The notes under the pieces were generated by a model that saw only the letters and a list, made by a program, of their open reading frames with translations, ran no database searches and was not told where the DNA came from. A stretch of DNA of 62,245 nt, the filler included, from Rhabdomonas costata (Eukaryota): NCBI GenBank assembly GCA_019059605.1. It is 28 parts of 28 records of this genome, joined end to end, with 100 filler letters (N's around TTAATTAATTAA, not from the genome) between each part and the next. Parts side by side here need not be neighbours in the genome. Positions count along the whole stretch, not along the records: positions 37,872 to 39,996 come from JAHMHO010005445.1; positions 40,097 to 42,222 come from JAHMHO010005446.1; positions 42,323 to 44,448 come from JAHMHO010005447.1; positions 44,549 to 46,674 come from JAHMHO010005448.1; positions 46,775 to 48,899 come from JAHMHO010005449.1; positions 49,000 to 51,125 come from JAHMHO010005450.1; positions 51,226 to 53,349 come from JAHMHO010005451.1; 21 more parts are not named here. The stretch is one strand, 5' to 3'. A program made the position numbers and the translations under genes. This document shows, one piece after another, positions 39,939 through 51,645 of this stretch; within the stretch, counting starts at the first letter, position 1; each line of letters opens with the position of its first letter.

Positions 39939-40499
39939 GCATGCCTTCGTGTCCTATTGCGTGCATCCGTATGGTACCGCGTCGTTTTTTTCGTGTNNNN
40001 NNNNNNNNNNNNNNNNNNNNNNNNNNNNNNNNNNNNNNNNTTAATTAATTAANNNNNNNNNNNNNNNNNNNNNNNNNNNNNNNNNNNNNNNNNNNNGGTG
40101 GGTGTTGAGTCCTGAGAATGCCTACTGATTGGCATAAGGGCTGTTTTTGACCTGGAGAAGTTCTGGCCTCTTTTCGGCCTTTTCTTTTGTGTGCCTAACC
40201 CTACCTCTTACTTTTGAAATGATCATAATAATCCTGGAGACAAAATTTAAAGGGGTTTAAAGGGGTCTGTTGAACACCTCACTCCCCGAATCTCTCATTA
40301 TTGTTGGTGTCGACTCCTTAAGCTGATCCCAGCACCCCCTTTGGTTGCGCTGCTTCAGTCGCAAGGGGAGTTAGGAAGTGGCAACGGTTGCTTCGATTTA
40401 TTTATCATAATATTATTGTTTTCCTTGAGCGTGCTCTGCTTTCCCTTTTCTCTCGTTATCTCTCTTTCGGAGCTTTGATCCTAAAGTTAGACGAAGGCG

Positions 40500-41846
40500 A
40501 TGCCTCTGCTCTGTGAAGACCTCCTGTTGTGGAGCTTTCGGTTCCTGGGTCAGACATCGCAGCTCGTGCTTCGGCTGGTGTGCCGGAAGTTTCGAGGGCT
40601 GGTGGACGAGGTCCTCGCCCGGGATTGGAGTGTTGTGCTTCTCCCTCGACAGATCATTTCACGAGAAAGTTTGCTGGGGAGTTTACGGTTGGGTTGTTCC
40701 GCTGCAAATCTTTCGGTGAAGTGCAAGGTGCTCTTGCAGCAGTTGCTGGAGATCGGGGCGGTGCTGGATGCTTCGTCCACCTCCTCTTTGTTCCCAAACC
40801 TTCGGCACTTGGATGTGCAGCACCTTCGAATCGCCAGAGCGGAGATGGTAGTTCTTTCGGGGTGCTCTATTTTCCCCAACCTCACCTCATTGAATTGCAG
40901 CTACAACCTGATCGGGCCTTCCGGTGTGGAGGCGTTGGCGGAATCCTTATTCTTCCCCAACCTCATCTCATTGGACTTGTCCCAAAATTTGATCGGGCCC
41001 ACTGGAATCGATGCGTTGGCGAGATCCTCTTCCTTTCCCAACCACACCTCATTGGATGTTAGCGGCAATCAAATCGGCCCCGAAGGAATGAAATCTTTGG
41101 CACTGTCTTCTTTCTTCCCCAAAGTTTCGTCCCTGAATATTCGGGGCAACAAGATTGGACCTGCGGGGATAAAAGCTTTTTCGGAATCCCCTTTCTTTCC
41201 CAGCCTCACCCTCTTTTATTTAAGATTCAACGAGATGGGGGCTGCAGGAATGGAAGCACTCGCAAGGTCCTCGTTCTTTCCCAACCTCACTTTCTTAGAA
41301 GCAAGCGGCAATGAGGTCGGGTCACCTGGAATGGAGGCTTTGGTGCGATCCTCTTTCTTTCCCAATCTGACCTCCCTGGATGTTGGTGACGACGAGGTCG
41401 GGCCTGCAGGAATGGAAGCGTTTGCTAGGTCTTGCTTCTTCCCTAAACTCGCCTCGTTGAATATGCGGAGAAACAAGGTTGGGTCTGAAGGGATGGCAGC
41501 TTTTGCGTTCTCATCTTTCTTTCCCAACCTCACTCTTTTGGACGCGAGCTTTAATTGCATCGATTGTGCAGGAATGGTGGCATTGGCGGGATCCTCATTC
41601 TTCCCCAGCCTCACCTCATTGAATGTGAGCGGCAACAAAATCAAATCTCCAGGAATGGAAGCGTTCGCCGGTTCGTTTTTCTATCCAAACCTCACATCAT
41701 TGGATGTGCGCCGCAATCATTTCGGGTGCGAAGAGCTGGAAGCGTTTTCGACATCTTTCTTCCACAAACTCGCCTCCTTTGAGGCAGGCAATTATATTGA
41801 TTCTGAAGGACTTGAAGGGATCTTCTCACTCCCCTCACCTCAATGA
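40500..41846 (+). CDS. Intronless F-box-like plus leucine-rich-repeat protein (13 repeats of 27 aa)
   Basis: N-terminal LCEDLLLWSFRFL...LRLVCRKFRGLV (F-box-like), then FFPNLTSLDVSGNxIGPxGMEALAxSS repeats with an 81-nt period. Complete 448-aa ORF. Confidence 0.9.
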   Translation: MPLLCEDLLLWSFRFLGQTSQLVLRLVCRKFRGLVDEVLARDWSVVLLPRQIISRESLLGSLRLGCSAANLSVKCKVLLQQLLEIGAVLDASSTSSLFPNLRHLDVQHLRIARAEMVVLSGCSIFPNLTSLNCSYNLIGPSGVEALAESLFFPNLISLDLSQNLIGPTGIDALARSSSFPNHTSLDVSGNQIGPEGMKSLALSSFFPKVSSLNIRGNKIGPAGIKAFSESPFFPSLTLFYLRFNEMGAAGMEALARSSFFPNLTFLEASGNEVGSPGMEALVRSSFFPNLTSLDVGDDEVGPAGMEAFARSCFFPKLASLNMRRNKVGSEGMAAFAFSSFFPNLTLLDASFNCIDCAGMVALAGSSFFPSLTSLNVSGNKIKSPGMEAFAGSFFYPNLTSLDVRRNHFGCEELEAFSTSFFHKLASFEAGNYIDSEGLEGIFSLPSPQ

Positions 41847-42082
41847 ATTTGAACATGATTAGGATCAAGCAGTTGTGACGAGCGATTTTGTGCAGCTGAC
41901 CACTTCACGATGGAGATGACTTCTCTCCTGATCGAGGGGGCTTTTGAGGCTGGCAGTGGGTTGTGGCTTCAGCGAGACCGTGTGTATTGTGTTGCCTCCT
42001 CCGCCCGGAAAATGCTTCGGAAAAACAGAGCCTGTGTCACCGCGTGCACCCGCCGCGCTGATTGCCTTCACACATGTCACAG

Positions 42083-42219
42083 GGGAGGAGCTCCTTTGTT
42101 TCAAGTCGCCCTTGTACGGTATATGCAGTGTTAGGTTCAGCCCCGACGATAACGAGCTGCTGTGCCATGACGGAAACCTGACTGTAGTGCTGTGTGACTC
42201 GCACACTGGGGCGCCGAAG
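42083..42219 (+). CDS. WD40-like repeat exon
   Basis: cag|GEELLCFKSPLYGICSVRFSPDDNELLCHDGNLTVVLCDSHTG resembles one WD40 blade (V.FSPD...L....D.TV.LWD..TG). Confidence 0.55.
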
Positions 42220-42561
42220 GTGNNNNNNNNNNNNNNNNNNNNNNNNNNNNNNNNNNNNNNNNNNNNTTAATTAATTAANNNNNNNNNNNNNNNNNNNNNN
42301 NNNNNNNNNNNNNNNNNNNNNNGGTTGCTTTTAAGGATATATTTTGCAGTGAGTTCAACAGAACAAAGAATATTGCACCCATTGGCTGGGTTCATCAGAA
42401 ACAAGAGTGCTAGGATTCCTCGACGGCCGCGGAGGAAAGGGCAATGCCATTATCAGCTGTGACAGGTTTGACAAGCAACAGAACCTTCCTGCACCATGAT
42501 ATGAGATGACGGGCGCATTGCCGGCCCTGAGGGAGAAGTAAGCGCCAAATCCCCAGCAAAC

Positions 42562-43915
42562 CGAAACGCGTCCTTCTGCGAGTTGGCGCCGCGGAAGATG
42601 ACGTACCCGGCCATGTTCAGCGCAAGGATGGCCACCAGTGCCCAGGCGGGCATGTGAACGGGGTAGTCCACCAGGAACCTGGCCTGCAACGAGTATGTAA
42701 ACGGCACCCACGCGATGTTTCCTTGGGCAAGCATAAATCCAAACCCATCTGTGGTGACATCGAACGTCGTCAGGAAGGCCCGCTCGTGGAGCATGCAGTC
42801 CCACACGTACCAAAACTGGGAGGAAACAAGGAGGAAAGAAGGAAGGGGTGCTTTTTGTCAAACACAGATTGATGCCCACTGTGACATACTGCCGCAAGAA
42901 AAAATTGAAAAGCATAAGCACTGTTGGGTTCGTCGAACATTTCCTTCCTCACGCCTTCCCGAAACTGATTCGCCTTGTTGGCTTGAGGTGCAATGCCTGC
43001 CACTCTAAGGAGTATCTGGGGTGGGGGACTCAACTGCTGCAGTATGAGTATTCTCTGCACACACAAATAGAATGGCAGAAGGGCACAAGAACACTTTCCG
43101 ATCTTTCCACCTTGCAGGCCGGTTAACTAACCTGCAGCGCGACGAGGCAGGCCATTGCGGGCAAAACAGTCTGGTGCCTGGCGTAGTACTCTGCCAGCAT
43201 AGCGAGGTTGATCACCGCCCACCCAACCAGCGCCACGCGAATTTCCAGCGAGCACTGCCGAAGAGGAACGGTGATGCACCCCCTCCACACACACAAGACC
43301 CGGATTTTGCACGCCAGAACGCGAGGACAGAGTCATTCAAACGGCGTACCTGGCCGAAGTAGCATTGCATCCCACTATGAACCACTATGAAAACAGCGGA
43401 TCCGCATGAAAACCATGCTAACAGGAGAGGCGGAAACGCAGGCAATTGAATACAAACAAAGCAGAAAAAGGACCCGAAACAGGTTTAATTGGGCAGGATT
43501 ATGGGGGCACCTCCGCCTCGGAACAGGAAGAGGGGAGATCATCTCATGCCTGCCAAAAAACGCTACCTGATCTAAAAAGAAACGGATAGATCTGAACCAG
43601 AAAAAGTGAAAAATAGCGCCTTTCTAGTGTGGTGGTTGCTCTATTTGAACTACTCAACGCATCATTTTCACACCTTGACGTCCCAGGCCCTCGCCCCAGC
43701 ACTGGGGCAGACCCTGGGGTTGGGTTCCCTGCCCATGAAGAAGTCGTAGATCGGGCTGCCCGTGTTCCCGCCCGAAGCCAGCAAGATTCCAGGACGGAAC
43801 GAAGCCAGATAGGCCACTCCAGCGAAGAAAAACGCCATCAGCAGCGCGCACCCCACCAGCTCAGAGTAGTGGTGGTAGATGAAGGACAGCGGCGCCAAAT
43901 TGCTGAAGTGCAGCA
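42562..43915 (-). CDS. ERG24: Delta14-sterol reductase (ERG24/TM7SF2 family), partial (exons 43915-43674, 43254-43132, 42815-42562)
   Basis: GGNTGSPIYDFFMGREPNPR, EIRVALVGWAVINL, LTTFDVTTDGFGFML..GNIAWVPFTYSLQARFL, GYVIFRGANSQKDAFR. GT-AG and in phase. Confidence 0.92.
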
Positions 43916-44875
43916 CTGAGGGAGGCAGTTTCGCCGGGTCAAAACCCCATCCCCACTACTGCTGCACATGTAACACGATGCAGCCTTCGGTCTTAAACAG
44001 ACATGGACATGCCTACACGTGTATGGGTGTCCAAGTAAACTTTTTTTGTCCAGCCGGTGTTTTCGATGCTCTAGGAGCTTTCCTTAAAGCGACTGGGCTT
44101 TGCGCAAGGGATACTAACGTTAGTAGCGCAGTATATAGATGCCCAAAGCCTGAAATAGATATAATTCCCGCTTCACTGCGCACCAGTCATCACAAGTTCA
44201 TTTACCGTATTCATTTACCACATTCATTTACACTCACAGTATTCGACTGGATCGAGATGCAAATGACTTTTCTGTTCGCAACAGGCTCTGCACAATGTAA
44301 TGAGCGACATCACGCTTTTTTGAGTTTTGAGATCCGTTTCCTCCCCTCAGGGCGCCTAATTCTGGCGGAGGTCTAGGTTCAGTGTGGTCATTAACCCCAG
44401 GGCTCAAACTGCAAAGTTCTGCTCACTAGCGATTGTATACAAAAACCCNNNNNNNNNNNNNNNNNNNNNNNNNNNNNNNNNNNNNNNNNNNNTTAATTAA
44501 TTAANNNNNNNNNNNNNNNNNNNNNNNNNNNNNNNNNNNNNNNNNNNNTGTTGGTGGTCAGTCCGCGGCACAGCATGAGCTGGCGGCTGGGTTGGGACGT
44601 TCCTTGGGGGCGATGCTCCGTTTATTCGTTCAGTACTTTTACTACGAAACGACCGCATCGGACACTTTTGTGGATGTCATTGCCGATGCCACCCCAAAAG
44701 GGAGAGGTGAATAAAGTGGACGCAAATTTTACCGTTCGGATTTACAGGGGTTTTAGGGATGGTAAAAAGGTCTCTTTACTGTCTTTGTGCTCCCCCTTAA
44801 CAGACACAACTTAAATTAATTACATTGCTTCGCGGGCTTGTGGTTGCTTAGCAGCTTTTTTCCCGTTGCGTTCAG

Positions 44876-45117
44876 GGGACAAGTGCATACCGAGGACTGT
44901 TGAGAAGAAGATCGTTGTGAATAAGAAGGTTCCCGTACCCCTGCTTCACCCCATTGAGATGTCCCTGGGGTCGCTGCTGGAAATGGACACCCACTCCACA
45001 TCAGAGGAGCTTATGGAGGCGCGCTGTGCGTGGAAGGGGCAAAGGGTGATTGCTCAGCTTGTGAACGCCTGTGCAGCAACACCTCAAGGGTTGAAGACTT
45101 TCATTGGCTGGCAATGA
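44876..45117 (+). CDS. Possible terminal exon of a hypothetical protein
   Basis: Pyrimidine tract plus CAG acceptor, then ~80 open codons to a TGA. No domain recognised. Confidence 0.35.
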
Positions 45118-47646
45118 CCTTTGCGGCGAACCTTGGGTGCCATTCTTTTTGCGATTTCGAAGACGAAAACGGGGACGTTTTCTTTTTTCAGCGCACGTTT
45201 ACGCGGATATCTCGTTCTCCGCACAACCATGCTTTCTCCATTACGCCCTGGAGTAGGTGGCCGCTGCCGCTCTGATTTGCTCTGTTGTTTCATAGATCTG
45301 CCTCTTCGCCGACTGTTTCGACGAAATGCTGCAGCACAACTTTGGCAGGAAGATCGCAAGAACACTTCAGGTTGTCAGTTTCCTTTTGCCACTGACACAT
45401 GGATATTTTTCAAAAAATATCCGTATCTGCCTTCCCTTCCCTCTGCTGCAAAACGCTTAGTAGGCTTTTGTGCTGGGTATGCTTTGCTTTCAGGGAAAGT
45501 TGATTTTGTCGTGTGTTTTTTTTAGGGAAAACCTGAAATTTTAAATGATTCCCTCCACAGTCAAAAAAACTTGAGGATAATTCCAAGTCTTTTCTGGACC
45601 TTACCCAGGGCCTCTTTTTTACCGAGCCCTCCCTCGGAATGACCTGCCTTCCACCTTCCATTGCTTATTTTGTAGAGTTTTCAAGGACTCTATAGCGCCG
45701 GCTGGGGTGTGTAAGAGAGATGAAGCAACAGAAATTCATACTCATCTGGATAAAAGCCAACACTGATACTCTGGGGCCTGTATCTGACCCGAAGAAAACC
45801 GCCCTCCTTCATGCGTCATGACCTTCTATTGTTTGTTGTACAGTCTCCAAGAGAGCTCAAAAATGTCTCATGCAGGGGAGCGTCAGCTCTGAAGGTTCGG
45901 AGCCCTGTGTAAGTGGGTACTGCTGCAAGATCCACAGAATGGAAACATGAAGCACCAGAACTTCATGCACCTACAGGAAAACGCAGCAATTCGAAGGAAG
46001 GGGAAGACCCAAAAGAAAAAGGCACAGGTACTGAAAAGGCTGAAACAAATATAAGCGAGAGCGGGGGTCGAGAGAGAACTCGGTTCTGGTGCGCAGCGAG
46101 CTACTGGTTTCCATTTGTGATGCACAGAGGCTTTCAATTCGGTTTGTTTCAGTGGCGCTGCCGCTGCCGTCATCTCGCCTTCATGGCTTCTTCGGGAGAA
46201 CGGCACCTGATACTCGAGCCAGAAGCCGTTGTTGTGGTAATGCGCGCGACGCTTTGTGCCAAATGTAGCAAGCCCAGTTCCGCCATTGTCCGAGACGCGA
46301 TACTTCATTGGCGTTGTGAAATTCCACTTTCCACTTCGATTTCAAAGTTAGCTCTCTCTCACTTAAAACTGAGGGCGTGACACGTAACAAGGTAAATTGC
46401 ATCGGGAAACACCGGAATTTGGAAGGCGTTTTGTGCGAATTCTTTCTCAACACCGGAAGCGTGCCTTTTTAAAATGCAGAAAATTTTCGACAAAGCACTT
46501 TGATTGTTTTTTATTTGCCAGCTTATTTCACCTGTCCTGTATTGTTAGTGTTACCTTAAGCAATTTGCTTGCAATCTGCGGGCCGAGTGCAACAGCAGAT
46601 ACACAATACACATCGGTGGCACACGAAACTAGAATGAACATGGTCGTAGCACTTGAAAATTCTTACCACAAAACNNNNNNNNNNNNNNNNNNNNNNNNNN
46701 NNNNNNNNNNNNNNNNNNTTAATTAATTAANNNNNNNNNNNNNNNNNNNNNNNNNNNNNNNNNNNNNNNNNNNNTTTGTTGTGGGGGTTGCTTCAGAGTG
46801 TGCCTCTGCCCTTTCATTCTCTTTTTTTTGTAGTGTATAAAGTGAAGCACGGCAAGAAGTCGTACGCTCTGAAGGATATCCAAATAAACGACAAGGTTGC
46901 CCCTGCACGTGCGCGAAAAGACCGCCTTCGCATAGCTGGATAGTTTGAAAAGTCAAGATCAATGCCTCGAGGGTTTGGTAGGACTTCTTTGCGTATCTGG
47001 CACCTGTCGATGCACAGCTCCTCGAAAGACTTTTCCGTCCTCGACTTCGAAACAAGCGGTCTCTTTATAGCAAAACTCTTTGTTAGGGGATTTCCATGTT
47101 TCTGCTCTGTTGTTCCCGTTGGTCACAGAGCCTGCCAATCCGTGATTCTCTGCATAGCTGATGGATGGCGAGAAAATCGGGAGTGAGCTTCTCACTGTTC
47201 TTTGAACTTGTTCTTTCGCGGGGAGACCTCCACGCTCGCGTATTGGCAAAACCTTGAATCGCCTGGAACATGGAAGCTGGTTGTACGAGTAGGAACTGGA
47301 TCGCCTTGTCCGCTGCATGCCGATGGACCCCCTTTCAGCAATTCTACTTGCTAAGTAGAGGTGCCTGGGGTACAACAGCGATAAGCACCAAAGAGGTTTT
47401 TACTTTACCCCTGCAGAATTAACGCAGGTCAAGTCGGAGAAGACCATTGTGGTTGATGTTTAAGTCCGACTATTGCTATTGCTTCAGGCGATACGCGGTT
47501 TGTAAGTTTAGGCGCAAACGCTCCTGAACTAGGTTACAATCAGCCAAGAAAAAAAAAGAGCAAGGAAATCAAAACCGCATGGAATTGGGTCGAAACGACG
47601 GAAGAGGGTGGGTGCCGCCTCATCCCGTTCCTGCGTTTGGGTTCAG

Positions 47647-48408
47647 CTGGCAACCAAGAAGCTCCTGCAGCAGGAGCTCTCGCACGTTCTCCGGGCGAAG
47701 CACCGCAATATTGTATCCTCCGAAGAAGTTTGCCTGCCCTGTTTTTTGTCTTTAGGCACTGGAAAGTTGGAAGGGACCCCGTGTGCAAATGTTGGTGGTC
47801 TCGTCAGCAATAGTTTCCCTCCCTCTCATCAAGTAATGTTTTGTACCGCTCCCCCACTTCCTGAAGCACGGGATGGAACGTATGTGTGCCTGAGCATTGC
47901 CGTCTCGTTTCAACGAAGTGAAATGGTGGGCTTGGTGGCGAAGAAACAGTTGTGTCGGAACATCCTGTTCCGCATGCCAATGCCAGACATGCCACTGCGC
48001 ATGTACAAAGTTTTCGGCTTCGGCCTTGGACCGCACAGGACTGCACTATCAGGTTCAGATATAATCCCCGATGCTGTGCAGCCTCCCTCTTTCCAGCAAT
48101 ACGGATGTTCCGCGGCCACACACGCCGACATTCCTTCCCAAACCCCTCCCCCCACCCGCATGTTGTAGGCATTCTTCATCGATGGCAAGCTGAAAGTATT
48201 GATGGAGTGGATGGACGTGGGCACGCTGGGCGACATCTTGCGCAAAATCCGTATGACCCTGCTTGGCCAAGAAGCGCCTCTTTTTTAAAACTGACCGCGG
48301 CACGGGCAGGATTCCTATGTTCTGATCGTTCTGTGCATAGACTCGACTCATGCACTCGCGTTCGCAGACTTTATCACCGAGGAGGTCCTCTCTTCCATCA
48401 CCGGCCAG
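47647..48408 (+). CDS. MAP kinase kinase (STE7 family), partial (exons 47647-47727, 48169-48250, 48368-48408)
   Basis: KKLLQQELSHVLRAKHRNIVSSEE|AFFIDGKLKVLMEWMDVGTLGDILRKI|HFITEEVLSSITGQ covers alphaC to alphaE with the MAP2K pattern AF...MEYMD.GSL. Confidence 0.85.
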
Positions 48409-48999
48409 GTGCGTGCGCACGTTCGTGCTTTAGTTTTTCTTTTTCCTGGGTGATAGAATCCTGCAGGGTTCAGCGCTTGTGAGTCCGTTCATTGCTTTAC
48501 AGTATGTAGCGAAGCTTTTCGTTCGGCACTAGAAAGTTGAGACATTCACCAGCGATCGGTTAAGCGTACCCGCCCTGCAGTCGGATGCACGTCCTGGCGT
48601 GGAGGGTTAGCGTGTCCAGCGTACGGCCCTGATGGTGCTGTGCGGCACGGCGCGAATAGCACACAGCCCAATGTGAGAACTGATCCGCGCAAGACCACCC
48701 TGCACCACTGGGTCACGTCCTTCCTTAGGGGCTGCAGGCGCAGCTACCAGCGGACCTGGAACTGGAACGCTAGATGAAATAGAGTTTTATTTACTGTAAA
48801 CAGAACGGAAAACAAGGCGTGCCATAACATAAGTTAATCTGAGTAGTAATCAAAGGGAGGGAGGGAGCTTGCCACCAAACAACCCCAAACACACCCACAN
48901 NNNNNNNNNNNNNNNNNNNNNNNNNNNNNNNNNNNNNNNNNNNTTAATTAATTAANNNNNNNNNNNNNNNNNNNNNNNNNNNNNNNNNNNNNNNNNNNN

Positions 49000-50230
49000 G
49001 GTGGTGTGGGCTTAGCGTAGTGTCTTGGTCGTAGCGTTGGTTGTAGCGTAGGGTGGTGGTTTGGGCGTAGTGGTTGGTGCGTGTCAGTGTCTTGATGTCA
49101 GGTTTGTACTGTGGGTTAGTGGTGCGATGTGTCAGTGTGTCAGGATGTCATGGTGTCTTGGGCTGTAAGGGTTGGTGTTGGTGCGTTCGTGTTCCGGTCT
49201 CTGCCTCTGTTTGTGTCTCCTGGCCTTCCTCAACCATGCTCACTCGGTCTCATGGTCTCATGCCTTGCTGCCTCTGTTCCTGTTCGCGTATCTGTCATGG
49301 CTTCATGGTGTTGGTGTGTTGGCGTAACGGTCTCTTACTCTACTGCTTCGTAAGTGCTGGTGTTGTTGGTGTTGTTGCTACTGCTTGTCAAGTGCTTGTT
49401 GTTGTCAGCGTCTCCGAGGGTGTGCCGGTTGTTGTGTCCATGGCTGTGTCAGTGCTTGTGTGTACGGGTGTTTCATGCTACGCTTCTAGAGTTCTTGTGT
49501 GTGTCAACGTGTGGTGAGAGGGGGTGTTGGAGTGGCGTGAGGGATGCAAGTGGTATCATGGCTTCATGTTGTGCTGTTTCTACGCGTATTGTGAAGGGCT
49601 GGTGTGTTGGAGGGTGTCTCGTGAGGGGTTCAAGGTGTAGGGTTGGTGAGTTAGGGCGTAGGGTGTAAGGTATCAGCATGACTTTGAGTGAAGAATGCAG
49701 TAACTCAGCATGACTCAAGGGGTGAAGAGAGAACCCTCTGAAGAAAGAACCCTCCTACCTGCCGGTGGCCCTCCAACATCCACTACTACGGCAAGACCGC
49801 GACGCACTCATGCCTTCGTGATGCCTTGACCCATCCTGAGGCCCTGATGCATTCCTGACCCAAAGCGTAGTCTCACCCTGAGGTCTCTTGCTGTGGCTAC
49901 GCCCGGACGGAGCACTCGATAGGACGTGAGAGTGCGTAGTGACACGTATAGAAGAAGAAGGTGAAGAGGGCCTCCGGCCCCGCTCTCGCTACGCTTCGTC
50001 ACTCCTACGTCGTTCCTCGCTACGCTCGTAATGTCCAAGAAGAGTGAAGAAGAAGAGGAGATGCTTGTCGGTCCTCGCTCGTCCCTCCTATACATGTCGG
50101 CATTCCCTACGGTCATGCCTCCTATCCCCATTCGCTACGCGCTCATGGGGCCCCTACTACCTGCGGTGCTGAGAGGAAGAGAGAGGGAGGGAGGGACGTA
50201 ACCATCGTGAGGTGGTGAAGTGACGACCGA
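49000..50230. other. Low-complexity tract (G/T-skewed to ~49690, then stuttering), probably an artefact
   Basis: Same character as 15605-17200 and also begins at a contig end. Confidence 0.55.
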
Positions 50231-51645
50231 CATGCCTCCGGCAGTTGCTCAATAGTTGTGCGGCATTGAGCAGATTGAGCTTGACCTGTGTGTTAAGGAT
50301 AGGAAGAGATGGGCTGAGAATTGCGGCCCTTCTACCTTTTATTCCAGGAAGCAGCTACACACAAAGGAATCATGGGATTCCATCCTCTGTTCGGATTTAG
50401 TGTTTTGGGTTTTTCCATAACATTCAACGATGATGGCTGACGTGCTGCTGCTTCCCGTCATCGTCGGTGTGGGCCTGGGCAGTGCTGTGGCCGCTGCTCT
50501 TCTTCTGGGAGCCCTTTCTCTCGACCTCTACGGGGTGTCTGTGCGGCGGCGGGCGGTAGTTTCTGGGGATACGCTTCGACGAAGTGGAGGCTTTATTATC
50601 ATCGCAGGGGGGCCCGTGCAGGACCCCATCACCATGACAGTGATGTACCAGGGGTGCCAGTCCAAAGCCTTCTTCCTTTGTCCTCCTCCCTTGTCTTCCT
50701 TTTTCTTTCCCCACCACTTCGTGAGCACACCAAAAAAACTCTCTTTCGCTCAAACCTCCTGAAAACATTTTACTGCACCCTCTCTCTTCTGACAGCTGGG
50801 TCTCCCCTTGTGAGAAAACCGAAATCTTCACGGCACTGTGCCGCGAACGGGCTGAGCAACGTCCAGGATAGCCCAAGAGAGTTTGCCGTATGACGTATGA
50901 TTTCACCATGCGTGCTTGGACTCTCCAAACTTAGTGCAAATAGCCCGTGGCTTTGATGGAACGTGACAATTGTACCTTTTTGTGTTGAGATGCCAGAGGT
51001 CTTACTATGTTCAGTTTTCTCTACTGCTTGAACGGCTGGCCTGCCTGCATCACTGCCCAACATTGCTGCTAAAACGTCGCTGTAACCAAGACTGAATCCC
51101 CCAAATCGACGTCAGTTCTGTATCCNNNNNNNNNNNNNNNNNNNNNNNNNNNNNNNNNNNNNNNNNNNNTTAATTAATTAANNNNNNNNNNNNNNNNNNN
51201 NNNNNNNNNNNNNNNNNNNNNNNNNGGGGTTTGTTTTCTATTCCGAGCCGGACAGCCCCTGCGGGCGCGGAATAGAAAACAGGTCCATAAGGAGCACACT
51301 GTTACCAATCACACCCACAGTGAAAGTGCATATCTGCAACTGACAAACCTTTGAAAACTGAAAGAAAGGAAAAATCAAATCGTTGCAGTCGCATGGGCAC
51401 GAGGTCAGGAGGACAGTGATAGGTGGAGACATAATAATAATAATAATAAATAATGGGCATAAATGGGAGCCTGTGGCTGGTGGATGACATGATGGTCCTG
51501 GCTCTGAAAGAAACAGAAGTTCCCTAATGGAACTAACAGCACGAAAGAAGACAAAAAATTCGAAAGTGCAATAGTGGCTCCATCTCACACGTAGCCTTGC
51601 GCCACTCAGGGCGTGTCGAAGTGCGGGGGAGGGGGGTGAGCTTAC

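Noticed and set aside
45488..45538. tttcagg...cctgaaa mini inverted repeat with CAG/CTG ends
   Set aside because: Only 7 bp and not interrupting a recognisable reading frame; expected by chance.
33481..48408. DYRK, MAPK and MAP2K as a signalling gene cluster
   Set aside because: They are on separate contigs; adjacency comes from size-sorted concatenation.
48548..48640. tRNA-like D-arm (tcggttaagcg)
   Set aside because: No T-loop (GTTCRA) or convincing cloverleaf.
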